A stretch of 63,992 nucleotides of DNA, counting the filler, from an uncultured bacterium (GTDB taxonomy: Bacteria; Hinthialibacterota; Hinthialibacteria; Hinthialibacterales; Hinthialibacteraceae): NCBI GenBank assembly GCA_964449065.1. It is 10 parts of 10 records of this genome, joined end to end, with 100 filler letters (N's around TTAATTAATTAA, not from the genome) between each part and the next. Parts side by side here need not be neighbours in the genome. Positions count along the whole stretch, not along the records: positions 40,487 to 47,032 come from CAYVAZ010000300.1; positions 47,133 to 53,666 come from CAYVAZ010000301.1; 8 more parts are not named here. One strand, 5' to 3'. This document shows positions 40,956 to 50,515 of this stretch, piece by piece; position 1 is the first letter of the stretch, and each line of letters opens with the position of its first letter. The position numbers and the translations under genes are program-made. The notes beneath the pieces were generated by a model. It did no database searches. It was given only the letters and a program-made list of their open reading frames with translations, and was not told where the DNA came from.

Positions 40956-42035
40956 TTGTTCCTGAAAGAGAAAATGGTTATTGAACGTACACCCCCGATT
41001 GAATTTGACCGCCGGCAATTTGGCAGCGATAACTATTCCGGTGTGTGTCCGGAAGCATGGCAGGCGATGGTGGAAGCCAACCAGTCCCATGTTGCGCCAT
41101 ACGGGGATGACCCGTGGACGCGCCGGGCCGCCGATTTGCTTCGAGACTTTTTTGAACGCGAATGCGAGGTATTTTTTACGTTTAATGGCACGGCGGCAAA
41201 CTCGCTGGCGTTGGCGTCAATGTGCCGTTCATATCACAGCATTATCTGTCAAACCACAGCGCATGTAGAGACCGATGAATGCGGCGCTCCGGAATTTTTT
41301 TCCAATGGAACCAAGGTGCTTTTGGTGCCGGGTGAAAACGGGAAAGTGGATTTAGATGAAGTGGAACAGACGATTAAAAAACGCAAGGATATTCATTACC
41401 CGAAACCGAAAGTGTTAAGTCTGACGCAGGCGACCGAACTTGGCACGGTCTATACCCCGCTGGAATTGCGCGAGGCTAGCGCCCTTGCCCAACGCTATGA
41501 CATGAAGGTTCACATGGATGGCGCGCGCTTCGCGAACGCGCTGGCTTCGTTAGGATGCTCGCCCAAAGAAATTGCATGGCAAGCCGGTGTGGATGTTCTC
41601 TGCTTTGGCGGCACCAAAAACGGGATGGCGGTGGGTGACGCGGTCATCTTTTTTGATTTGGATTTGGCATACGAGTTTGACTTCCGCTGCAAACAGGCGG
41701 GGCAGTTGAGTTCAAAAATGCGGTACCTCTCGGCGCCGTGGGTCGGGATGCTGGAAAGCGGGGCGGTCACTGGCAATGCCAAGAACGCCAACGAGAAAGC
41801 GAAGTATTTAGAACAAAAATTCCGCGAAATTCCGCAAGCGGAGATTATGTATCCAGTCGAGGCGAATTCCGTGTTTTTGCAGCTGCCGCAGGAGGCGATT
41901 GAGCGGATGCATAGGATGGAATGGCACTTTTATGACTTTATTGGCAATGGCGGCTGCCGGTTTATGTGCACATGGGATACGACGAATGAGGATATAGATC
42001 ATTTGTTGAAAGATTTGCAATTGGTTTTACAGTAA
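40956..42035 (+). CDS. ltaE: Low-specificity L-threonine aldolase; start probably downstream of 40956
   Basis: FGSDNY, YGDD, NGTAAN, DECGAPE, HMDGARFANA, FGGTKNG, KQAGQLSSKMRY. Confidence 0.93.
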   Translation: MFLKEKMVIERTPPIEFDRRQFGSDNYSGVCPEAWQAMVEANQSHVAPYGDDPWTRRAADLLRDFFERECEVFFTFNGTAANSLALASMCRSYHSIICQTTAHVETDECGAPEFFSNGTKVLLVPGENGKVDLDEVEQTIKKRKDIHYPKPKVLSLTQATELGTVYTPLELREASALAQRYDMKVHMDGARFANALASLGCSPKEIAWQAGVDVLCFGGTKNGMAVGDAVIFFDLDLAYEFDFRCKQAGQLSSKMRYLSAPWVGMLESGAVTGNAKNANEKAKYLEQKFREIPQAEIMYPVEANSVFLQLPQEAIERMHRMEWHFYDFIGNGGCRFMCTWDTTNEDIDHLLKDLQLVLQ

Positions 42036-42052
42036 AATTCTACAGTAAAATT

Positions 42053-43495
42053 CTATCGTCTGCCGCGTTGCAGTTTTTTGGGATTGACCATGCCATGGGT
42101 TTTCTTTTTGGCTGTGGTTGCGTTTGGTTTTGGTGCAATGCGTTTGGGTATGCCGGGCGGGTCTGTCGCGGTGGTTTGCGTCTGCGTGCGTTCAATGGCA
42201 TCTTGAATGAGTTTTTGTTGGATGTCAATCAATGAGAATTGGCTGCGCAGGACATCCAAGCGGCGGCGGGATTCTTCGATTTTTTTTTCGATTAAGCGTT
42301 TTTGACTGATGAGGTTTTCGAATTCAATGGAATCTTGGTTTACATCAGCAGAACGGGTTTCGATGAGGCGGGTGATTTCATCCAGTTCTTTTTTGACGGC
42401 GTCGATATCGTCTTTCTGTTTTTGGTGAAGGTGGTTGATGATATCTTTTTGGAGATTCAGCACAGCCTTTTGCCGGACGAACAGAGTGCGCTGAACCGGA
42501 TGCAGCCGGTTGAAATCAAACGCGACAGTAGATTGCACGCGGGAATATTCATCTTTCAGGCTGTAGATCTTCTTGCTGAGATAATCGGGCGATTCAATGC
42601 AAGGCAAGCCTAACTTGTCATTGATTAACGCGCGCACATAGCGGGGGAACTGTGTTAAAACGGGATATTGCTCCAAATGCTTGAAAATGATTTGCTCGAC
42701 TTCACACAAGTCTTCAACGGCTTTGTTTAATGCCGAAGCCGCGTGTTCGTGCCGCTCGGTATATTCCAAAAGTTTTTCGTCATCTTGCAGTTTGTCTAAA
42801 AAATAGGAGGACATGATCAACAACAAGTATCCTGTCATTTCGTTAAAGCGCACGATGTCACAGGCATGGTGAAGAATATAGGTGAAAAAGCGGGCCATGG
42901 GGTCGTCTTTTTTGAGTTCGGGCATTTGCATCTGCATGGCGGTGACTTCTTCGGGCGAAAATTGCAGGTGCACGGTCCGTTTGTATTCCGGTTTCAAAGA
43001 GCCGTTGTTTTCATGAAGGCGAAAAAAATCATCCAATTGTACCCGGACGCTGATGAGGCCGTTTGACCGGCGGGTGCAAATTTGACTAATGATGTTTACA
43101 AGGGAAGAAAAAATATGAACGGCTTCATCGATTTCTTTTCCAGAGACATGTTCTTCCAGTCGTTCCAAAATGTTGTACACTTGTTCCTGCTTATCGATGA
43201 TGTGTTTTGCTTCTTGATCGCTCAACACAGCGTGAAGAGATTTTTTTGAAAACACAAAATTATCGGAATAACTGTCCTGAATGATTTCGTTTATTCCATT
43301 GCGGATGACAGCTTGCGCGTTCGTTCCAGCGTTGATTTTCTTAATGATATTGCGTACAACATGAATGGAGTTTACCAGTTCTTGGTCATCTTCTTCCGCA
43401 GCTGCATGGTTCAATTCTTCTTCAATATCGAACAGTTCTTTCGGGTTTACGGAGTTTAGCAAATGCAGAAATTCCTTTGTTTTTTTGGTAACCAT
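42053..43495 (-). CDS. Unknown coiled-coil protein, paralog A
   Basis: 480-aa ORF collinear with 44376-45830. Confidence 0.85.
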   Translation of the reverse strand: MVTKKTKEFLHLLNSVNPKELFDIEEELNHAAAEEDDQELVNSIHVVRNIIKKINAGTNAQAVIRNGINEIIQDSYSDNFVFSKKSLHAVLSDQEAKHIIDKQEQVYNILERLEEHVSGKEIDEAVHIFSSLVNIISQICTRRSNGLISVRVQLDDFFRLHENNGSLKPEYKRTVHLQFSPEEVTAMQMQMPELKKDDPMARFFTYILHHACDIVRFNEMTGYLLLIMSSYFLDKLQDDEKLLEYTERHEHAASALNKAVEDLCEVEQIIFKHLEQYPVLTQFPRYVRALINDKLGLPCIESPDYLSKKIYSLKDEYSRVQSTVAFDFNRLHPVQRTLFVRQKAVLNLQKDIINHLHQKQKDDIDAVKKELDEITRLIETRSADVNQDSIEFENLISQKRLIEKKIEESRRRLDVLRSQFSLIDIQQKLIQDAIERTQTQTTATDPPGIPKRIAPKPNATTAKKKTHGMVNPKKLQRGRR

Positions 43496-43788
43496 TTAAA
43501 GTCGAGCCTTTTGTTATCAGTTATAGAATGGAATCAAAGTGTCAGAAGATAAATTTTCTTGCATACAGGACTTCATTAATCGGGATGGGGAAATTCCCCA
43601 TATTTTTACATACTATAGCGTTTAATAGATAAAGATAAATACGACTGAAGTGTTTTATGCCAATTTTCTCTCAAGTTTTTGAGTGACTGATGTTGCGCAA
43701 ATATTGTTTGGCTGCAGCTGATAATGAATTGTGGTTCAAGGCCGAATATTTTAGGTGGAACGCAAGGTCTATCGTCTTCTGCCTCTGG

Positions 43789-44290
43789 CTAGTACTGTGT
43801 CAACGATTGAATTGTGCTTCCGGCTCCGCGGGAGCCTCGCCCTCCCAGGGGTCGCTTCGTAAGCGGTGGGTTAGAACGGCGTGACCCACACTACGGGCAG
43901 AACCGTATATAGAAGCAGACTGGATGCCGGTGCTCCCCACACAATTGAAACGGACATTTTTAATTGCAGATGGTATAAGCAACACTATCTATCCAATCGG
44001 GTGCATGTCATCTCTCTCAGTAAAAAAAGATTGGTCCAGAGAAGCAATGAAATTGAAGTGTACTGTCAGCCTATCGATCCCCCCTAGCCCCCCTTAACAA
44101 GGGGGAACCTCATTACAAGCAAGAACGCCGTACCAACCCCCCCTTGCATAAGGGGGTGGAGCCGCAGGCTCCGGGGGATTTGCGCCGTTGGGATACGCTT
44201 CGATATTCACGACTTCGCGAACCCAATCGGAAATTGGTTAAGCCGCATAAAGCCGCATAACCAGCGAGAGAAGTGACATGCACCCTATCC
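43789..44290. repeat. Dense mosaic of REP/MITE-like modules between the paralogs
   Basis: Modules shared with 26908-26980, 27233-27255, 27349-27375 and 27108-27138; inverted pair GGGTGCATGTCA / TGACATGCACCC. Confidence 0.75.
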
Positions 44291-44375
44291 AATCTTGAGA
44301 TGCATTCAACATGAATTCACTTTTGGCAATGGATTCGAGTTCGGAGGGGGCGAAGTTAAGGAGGAAGTAAAGGAG

Positions 44376-45830
44376 TTATCGTGTGAGGCGTTTGGGGTTG
44401 ACCATGCCTTGTGATTTCTTTTTTTCTTTGGGTGCTGTTTTTTTGGTAACAGCCCGCTTGCGGTGGGCAATAATCTTATCGGAAACTTCTTTTTGGTTGA
44501 CTTGGTACCGCTGAATGGCATCGGCGATCATCGTTTTGTGGACATCAACCAAATGGTTTTGGCAGCGCAGGACATCCCGTTTGCGGCGGGCTTGTTCGAT
44601 GCGTTTTTGGAGGAGTTCTTTTTTGTGCATCATGTCTTTGTATTCGGGCGTGCCGGGTTTGAGTTGTTGGGAGTTGGTTTCGATATCTTTCACAATCTGG
44701 TTGAGTTCTTTTTCAATGGTTTGCATTTCTTGTTCTTGCTTATCCTGCATATAGCAAATGACATCTTTTTGGAGATTGAGGACGGTGCTTTGCCGCAGAT
44801 GAACGTTGTGCTGGAGGGAGGGGAGGAGATCGAAATCAAAGGCGACTGCCGACCGGGCGCGCGAGTATTCTTCTTTGGCGCCGGCGATTTTTTTGACAAT
44901 CGCTACCGCCGATTCGCCGCCGGGAAAGCCAAGGCGGATGTTGATTAAGGCACGCAGCAATCTGGGCAGTTGGGATAAGATTTGCCGTTCATCCAGGTGC
45001 CGGTTCACTTTTTTTTCGGCTTCGCAAAGGTCTTCGATGGCTTTCATCATAGCGACTTCGAGACGCTCGAGGCGTTCTTTGAATTCGGCGATAAGTTCTT
45101 TTTCGCGTTCGGTTTCGCCTTTGGAATTTTCGATGAAATACTTCGACATCACCAGCAACAAGTTGCCCGTCATTTCATTGAATTTCACCACATCATAGGC
45201 TTGGTCTAAAACCGCGGTAAAGAAATTCGCCATGGGGTCGTCTTTTTTTAGGGAGGGAAGTTGGATCTGCATGGCGGTGATTTCTTCCGGAGAGAACATC
45301 AGGTTGACTTCGCGTTTGTATTCCGGTTTTAACTTGCCATCGCCCTCATAGAGGGAGAAGAATTCATCCAAGCGGATGCGGATGCTGATGACGCCATCGG
45401 TGCGTTGCGTACAGATTTGGCTGAGGATATCCATAATGGTGGTAAAGACGGCGGTGGCTTCTTCCATGTTTTCGCCGGAAACACGTTCATCGAGGTTGTT
45501 CAGGATTTCATAGATTTGTTTGCGTTTTTCTTGGATGCGTGTGTCATCTTGATTGCTGAGAAAGTGGGTGACGCTTTTTTTGCCGAAGACCTCTTGGTTT
45601 TTGTAGGATTGCTGGACGACATCATGCACGCCATCGCGAATCACGTTTTGAAAGTGTTTGCCGGAATTGATGCGCTTGATGATGCGCCGCATGACTTGAT
45701 AGGTGTTGACCAACTCTTCGTCATCGGTCTCTTCCACGGCCTCACTCAGGTCTTGGTCGATTTCCACCAATTCGTCTTTATCGACCCGGTTTAGCAGTTC
45801 AATGAATTTTTTGGTTTTTTCAGAGACCAT
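44376..45830 (-). CDS. Unknown coiled-coil protein, paralog B
   Basis: 484-aa ORF; shares LKPEYKR.V.L.FSPEE.TAMQ.Q.P.LKKDDPMA.FFT with paralog A. Confidence 0.85.
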   Translation of the reverse strand: MVSEKTKKFIELLNRVDKDELVEIDQDLSEAVEETDDEELVNTYQVMRRIIKRINSGKHFQNVIRDGVHDVVQQSYKNQEVFGKKSVTHFLSNQDDTRIQEKRKQIYEILNNLDERVSGENMEEATAVFTTIMDILSQICTQRTDGVISIRIRLDEFFSLYEGDGKLKPEYKREVNLMFSPEEITAMQIQLPSLKKDDPMANFFTAVLDQAYDVVKFNEMTGNLLLVMSKYFIENSKGETEREKELIAEFKERLERLEVAMMKAIEDLCEAEKKVNRHLDERQILSQLPRLLRALINIRLGFPGGESAVAIVKKIAGAKEEYSRARSAVAFDFDLLPSLQHNVHLRQSTVLNLQKDVICYMQDKQEQEMQTIEKELNQIVKDIETNSQQLKPGTPEYKDMMHKKELLQKRIEQARRKRDVLRCQNHLVDVHKTMIADAIQRYQVNQKEVSDKIIAHRKRAVTKKTAPKEKKKSQGMVNPKRLTR

Positions 45831-46026
45831 AATAATATTTGCCGTGACTGTGATGTTGACATTCTATTTAAAATTTTAACTTTATCTAACGGCAGAAAGA
45901 AAAGCAAAAAGTATTTTCTTAGTATGATCAGTAAATGTTGCAGGATATTCATTTTTTATCAATCTCTTAACAAAAATTTAACGAAAATAATCTAAATTTA
46001 TATGTTCTTATAATTGAAGGTGAACT

Positions 46027-46629
46027 ATGTCTAAGATAAAGAAAAAATCAAAAGAAAAAAAGGCGTTCACGTTGATTGAATTGCTAATTGTGGTTGCGAT
46101 CATTGGAGTGTTGGCGGCGATTGCAGTCCCGAATTTTTTGAGCGCGCTAACGCGTGCAAAAGTATCAAGAAACTTTTCAGACTTTAAGGCGCTTTCTACG
46201 GCGATGTTTACGTACCAGATTGATCACGGGGAGTTCCCGCACGACCCCAACGATGTGCCACCCGGCAAATCATGGCTCGTCAATGTAACCATGACCGCTC
46301 TCACTACGCCACTCGCTTATATGTCCAGCATTCCGCAAGACCCGTTCTCATCTTCAAAAGAAGTGGAGGGCTATTGGGGCAGCGAGTGCTGCCAACTGGG
46401 ATCCTACATCTACTCGGCCGAACAAGACCCCAAGCTGCGCATTTCCGGAATCATGTTTAAGGATACTTTTTCGTTCGGCAGCATCGGGCCAGACAGGGAT
46501 TGGGATATGGGGATGAATTTCAAGGCCTCCCGGTATGATATTAGCAATGGGGTGAATTCAAGCGGGGATGTGGTGATGTTCTTTCCCGGAGAGGATGACA
46601 GCGAAGATCCGGGATTGACGCCGTTTTAA
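46027..46629 (+). CDS. Type IV pilin/pseudopilin-like protein
   Basis: KKA|FTLIELLIVVAIIGVLAAIAVPNF..A..RAK; LTTPLAY, DPF, SIGPD, YDISNG.SSGD. Confidence 0.9.
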   Translation: MSKIKKKSKEKKAFTLIELLIVVAIIGVLAAIAVPNFLSALTRAKVSRNFSDFKALSTAMFTYQIDHGEFPHDPNDVPPGKSWLVNVTMTALTTPLAYMSSIPQDPFSSSKEVEGYWGSECCQLGSYIYSAEQDPKLRISGIMFKDTFSFGSIGPDRDWDMGMNFKASRYDISNGVNSSGDVVMFFPGEDDSEDPGLTPF

Positions 46630-46974
46630 TTTGGCTTGGGGCATCGATTCACCAATGCCAATGCCTGCTCGATTAACATTTCAACCGGCATTTCACCCAA
46701 ACACGTCTTGCAGATGTATTCATACCCGCGAAAGCTGTTTAGTCATCTTTTACCATGATGCAGCCGAAGGCATCGTTGGTTACTTCCAGAAAGAAGTTGT
46801 GCTCGCCGTGCATGTTGCGTTTAAGATAATAGCCGATATTGGATAATGCTTCGCCGGGAATGGTCGGCATCTGTGGGTTGCCGATGTTTACCACCGCAAC
46901 TCGACATAGTCGTTGCCTTGTTCATCGGGGAAGATGTAGATATCGGGCGCGCTGTGAGTTTGGGTGGAACCGAT
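46626..46974 (-). pseudogene. Degraded neutral-ceramidase-like hydrolase gene
   Basis: Fragments IGSTQTHSAPDIYIFPD..*, VVNIGNPQMPTIPGEALSNIGYYLKR...TNDAFG..DD*, NSFRGYEYICKTCLGE..* joined by frameshifts and stops. Confidence 0.65.
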
Positions 46975-47430
46975 TGGTTCGTTTGATTGCCCAGGAAACT
47001 ACTTCTAAACAATCGGTTGAATCATTCTGGTTNNNNNNNNNNNNNNNNNNNNNNNNNNNNNNNNNNNNNNNNNNNNTTAATTAATTAANNNNNNNNNNNN
47101 NNNNNNNNNNNNNNNNNNNNNNNNNNNNNNNNGCCCCTACAATCGTATGGCAATGTATAAATACCATTTTCACTGCAACTTGGTATTGGAATAGTTGGCT
47201 CACAACAAAAACCATGTTCAAGCAATAGTCAAACATTTTTTGCGTAATATCAGTTATTAAGTCAATGACATTTGGGGGGATCGACACCCTTCAATCAATC
47301 GATGACAAAGTACTAGCCGATTGCCGGTACGAATTTTGTGACGGAATCAATAATTTGACATTCATGGTATGACGATTATAGTAAAAAAAGATAACATACA
47401 ATATATATTCTATGGATTCGTATAGAAACA

Positions 47431-48450
47431 ATGAATGAATTTGTTCGAAGCCTTTCACCGGAAGACCGCCGGAAATTAACGTCTGCTTTAAAAAATGAAA
47501 CGGCCAAGAATAAAGCCGGTGAAATGGGTGCGTCAAGTCAAGACCTTAGCCAGCGGGTTATAGATGGGAAATATCAGTGGGTAAAAAAAGCGGAATTGCT
47601 CAAAGAGGAAGAAAAGCGAAAGCAGCTAACGAAAAACAAACGGCCGGTACGGGCGCTTCGGGACGGCGAAAACAGCTTGGTTCATTTAATCCAAAAAACG
47701 CTGACCCGCCTCGAAAAAAAAGCCGAAGAACTGGAGCGCCTGGCATGCATCAACACGATGGAAAAGTTGGATTATTTTAACAGTACCAAAACCATTCAAA
47801 CCCGCACCAATACCTTAGTAGACGATCTGCAAGAAATTGAAAATCAAATCGAAGATACAAAACGTCAAAATCCCTTGTTTGCGGAAGCGGAAAAACTGCT
47901 ATTGCTGTTAAGTCAGTTAAAGAAAAAAGGCGATATGGATCAATTTTACCAACTGCAAAAACAATACGCTTCTGTATTGCTGAATTATCAACAACAACGG
48001 AAATCGTTAACCCCGCTGATTGAAAGCGCGCGGCATCAACGGGAAGGATTGCAGCGTGAATATTGGAGAGGATTGCAGGGTGTGTGGTCATTGTTGGAAA
48101 AAGAACTGCAAAAAAATCTTGCCGCTTTGGCGGAAAAAGTGAACGCAATCGCGTCCGGAAACCTCAAATCCGATATTCAAGATGAAATGAGAGAAGCGTA
48201 CCGGCAAATCGATTATTTATTTGAACGGAAAGAAACTCTCGGCAATTGTATTCCGTCTACCATGAACGCGGAAACAGAAGAACAAAAATCCTGGGATGAT
48301 ATTCTTCCATCGATGACCGCGTTTTTGGATGAGTTGGAATTCATGATTGAAGTGCTAAAATCGATAGATTCAAAAATAGAACCGCTAAAAGAAAGCAAAT
48401 CCACGATCCCATCCCAGCGAATGGCCTTTGCCGATAAAAAACAAAAGTGA
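47431..48450 (+). CDS. Unknown coiled-coil protein
   Basis: 339-aa helical ORF rich in E/K/Q/L; ends QRMAFADKKQK. Confidence 0.8.
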   Translation: MNEFVRSLSPEDRRKLTSALKNETAKNKAGEMGASSQDLSQRVIDGKYQWVKKAELLKEEEKRKQLTKNKRPVRALRDGENSLVHLIQKTLTRLEKKAEELERLACINTMEKLDYFNSTKTIQTRTNTLVDDLQEIENQIEDTKRQNPLFAEAEKLLLLLSQLKKKGDMDQFYQLQKQYASVLLNYQQQRKSLTPLIESARHQREGLQREYWRGLQGVWSLLEKELQKNLAALAEKVNAIASGNLKSDIQDEMREAYRQIDYLFERKETLGNCIPSTMNAETEEQKSWDDILPSMTAFLDELEFMIEVLKSIDSKIEPLKESKSTIPSQRMAFADKKQK

Positions 48451-48543
48451 AATCCCCCCATCCGCTCATTTATTGAATCCTTAACATCATACAAATAAGA
48501 TGTACTCTCTATCTACAGGCACGAATCCACAGGAGATGATCAC

Positions 48544-49326
48544 ATGAAAATTTGGTTCACCGCGTATTTGGTATTGTTTGGAGTCACGGCCATGCATGTA
48601 CAATCACAGCCCGTAGTTATTGCCCACCGGGGCAACAGCAGCGCCGCGCCGGAAAACACGGTTGCCGCTGTCAAAAGTGCCGCTGCATTGAAACCGGCAC
48701 CCCGCTATATTGAAATCGATGTTCACCGCTCCCTAGACGGAGTGATTGTTGTCAGCCATGACGCCAATACGCTTAAAACGACTGGTGTTGATGCCCTCAT
48801 TCGTGAGAAACCGTTTGCATGGCTGCGGACTCTGGATGCCGGCTATAAAAAAATGTTTGGCGGCCGCTTTGCCAATGAACGAATGCCACGCTTGGAAGAA
48901 GTCTTGGATGTGGTAAAAGAATTACCCATCGGTATTATGATTGAAAGCAAGCAGTTGCTGTTGGAAGATCAAGTGATCGACATGTTGCGCGAACGCAATG
49001 AAATTAAGAAACATGTATTTGCCAGCTTTGATGAACTGTCGGTCTACCGGGCGAAACAGATCGAACCCGAACTGAAGACGCTGTATTTGCATGGCGACTT
49101 CAATCCATCCACCTTATGGCGGGCAAAGGATGTCCAAGCGGATATCATCGGGATGCAATACAAAGGGATCGAACCGGAAGAGGTGGAACAAATCCAGCAA
49201 AACGGTTTTCAATTGTGGTTATGGACTATAAACGATGAAAGCGTAATGAAACACTGGATCGAAGCGAATGCCGATGGCATCATAACCAATTACCCGGAAA
49301 AAGCGTTGACTTTGGTAAAGCAGTAG
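48544..49326 (+). CDS. Glycerophosphodiester phosphodiesterase, secreted
   Basis: IAHRG, APENT, IEIDV, VSHD, IESK, WTIND, DGIITNYP. Confidence 0.93.
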   Translation: MKIWFTAYLVLFGVTAMHVQSQPVVIAHRGNSSAAPENTVAAVKSAAALKPAPRYIEIDVHRSLDGVIVVSHDANTLKTTGVDALIREKPFAWLRTLDAGYKKMFGGRFANERMPRLEEVLDVVKELPIGIMIESKQLLLEDQVIDMLRERNEIKKHVFASFDELSVYRAKQIEPELKTLYLHGDFNPSTLWRAKDVQADIIGMQYKGIEPEEVEQIQQNGFQLWLWTINDESVMKHWIEANADGIITNYPEKALTLVKQ

Positions 49327-49360
49327 AACACAAAAGCGGGTTCTCTTTAGGAATTGCGTT

Positions 49361-50500
49361 ATGGATAAAAAAATTGTGTGGAGTGTCCGGCTGGCATTGC
49401 TGGTGTTGTTGGGGTTATTGTTTATCTCGTTGCTAAACATGCTGGGGATTTCGAACCCCTTTTATAACCCATTCAGCAGGCCCGCAGCTCTGCCAAAGCC
49501 GATTACACCTGTTGAGGGAAATTTTGGCGCCGACGAAAAAAACACCATTGAAATTTTTAAACGAATTTCCCCTTCGGTTGTGTTTATTCAAAGTTCCGAA
49601 GCGGATATCAATCCCTTTACCATGGATGTATACCGCATCCGCCAGGGAACGGGATCCGGGTTTGTCTGGGATCACAATGGGCACATTGTGACGAATTATC
49701 ATGTCATTAAAAACGCGCGGTCAATCAAAGTCCGCTTTCAAGATGAAATGGCGCCCTGGAATGCCGCGGTTGTGGGAGTGGACCCTGAAAATGATATTGC
49801 CGTGCTGCGCTGCGGTGCCCCACCCGACAAGTTACAACCGGTCATCATTGGCGACTCCACCAACTTGCAGGTAGGCCAAAAAGTACTAGCAATCGGCAAC
49901 CCGTTTGGCTTGGATTCCACACTCACGGTGGGGATTATTAGCGCGCTTGGCCGCCAAATCCGCACGGATGAAGGATGGACCATCGACGGCTTGATTCAAT
50001 CGGATGCCGCGATTAATCCGGGAAACTCCGGCGGACCGCTTTTGGATTCATTTGGCAGGGTAATTGGGGTAAACACCGCTATCCTCAGCCCCAGTGGGGC
50101 CAATTCTGGAATCGGTTTTGCGGTTCCTATTGATCGCGTGAATGAAATTGTGCCGCATCTGATTACTAGCGGGAAAGTTCCAAGACCGTTTTTGGGAGTC
50201 AGTATTTTGCCGCCGCATGTAGAGCGTATGTTTGATGTGGAAGGAATGGTGATTCGCGGCATTGTGGAAAACAGCCCGGCCGAAAAAGCGGGACTGAATG
50301 GGTTGCAGCAAAGCCGGGATGGCGACTTTATCTTGGGAGACGTTATCTTAAAAGTAAATGAAGATTCCGTCAGCGGTGGAGAAGAACTGATCCGGGTTTT
50401 ACGCAAATACAACCCCGGTGATACGGTCACGTTAACCTTGTTGCGCGATAACAACGAAATCCAAAAAAAAGTTCGGCTGGATTTGAAACCGGAACTTTGA
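49361..50500 (+). CDS. HtrA/Deg-like serine protease with one PDZ
   Basis: GTGSGF, VTNYHV, DIAVL, IQSDAAINPGNSGGPL. Confidence 0.94.
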   Translation: MDKKIVWSVRLALLVLLGLLFISLLNMLGISNPFYNPFSRPAALPKPITPVEGNFGADEKNTIEIFKRISPSVVFIQSSEADINPFTMDVYRIRQGTGSGFVWDHNGHIVTNYHVIKNARSIKVRFQDEMAPWNAAVVGVDPENDIAVLRCGAPPDKLQPVIIGDSTNLQVGQKVLAIGNPFGLDSTLTVGIISALGRQIRTDEGWTIDGLIQSDAAINPGNSGGPLLDSFGRVIGVNTAILSPSGANSGIGFAVPIDRVNEIVPHLITSGKVPRPFLGVSILPPHVERMFDVEGMVIRGIVENSPAEKAGLNGLQQSRDGDFILGDVILKVNEDSVSGGEELIRVLRKYNPGDTVTLTLLRDNNEIQKKVRLDLKPEL

Positions 50501-50515
50501 AATTGAAGTTCACAT

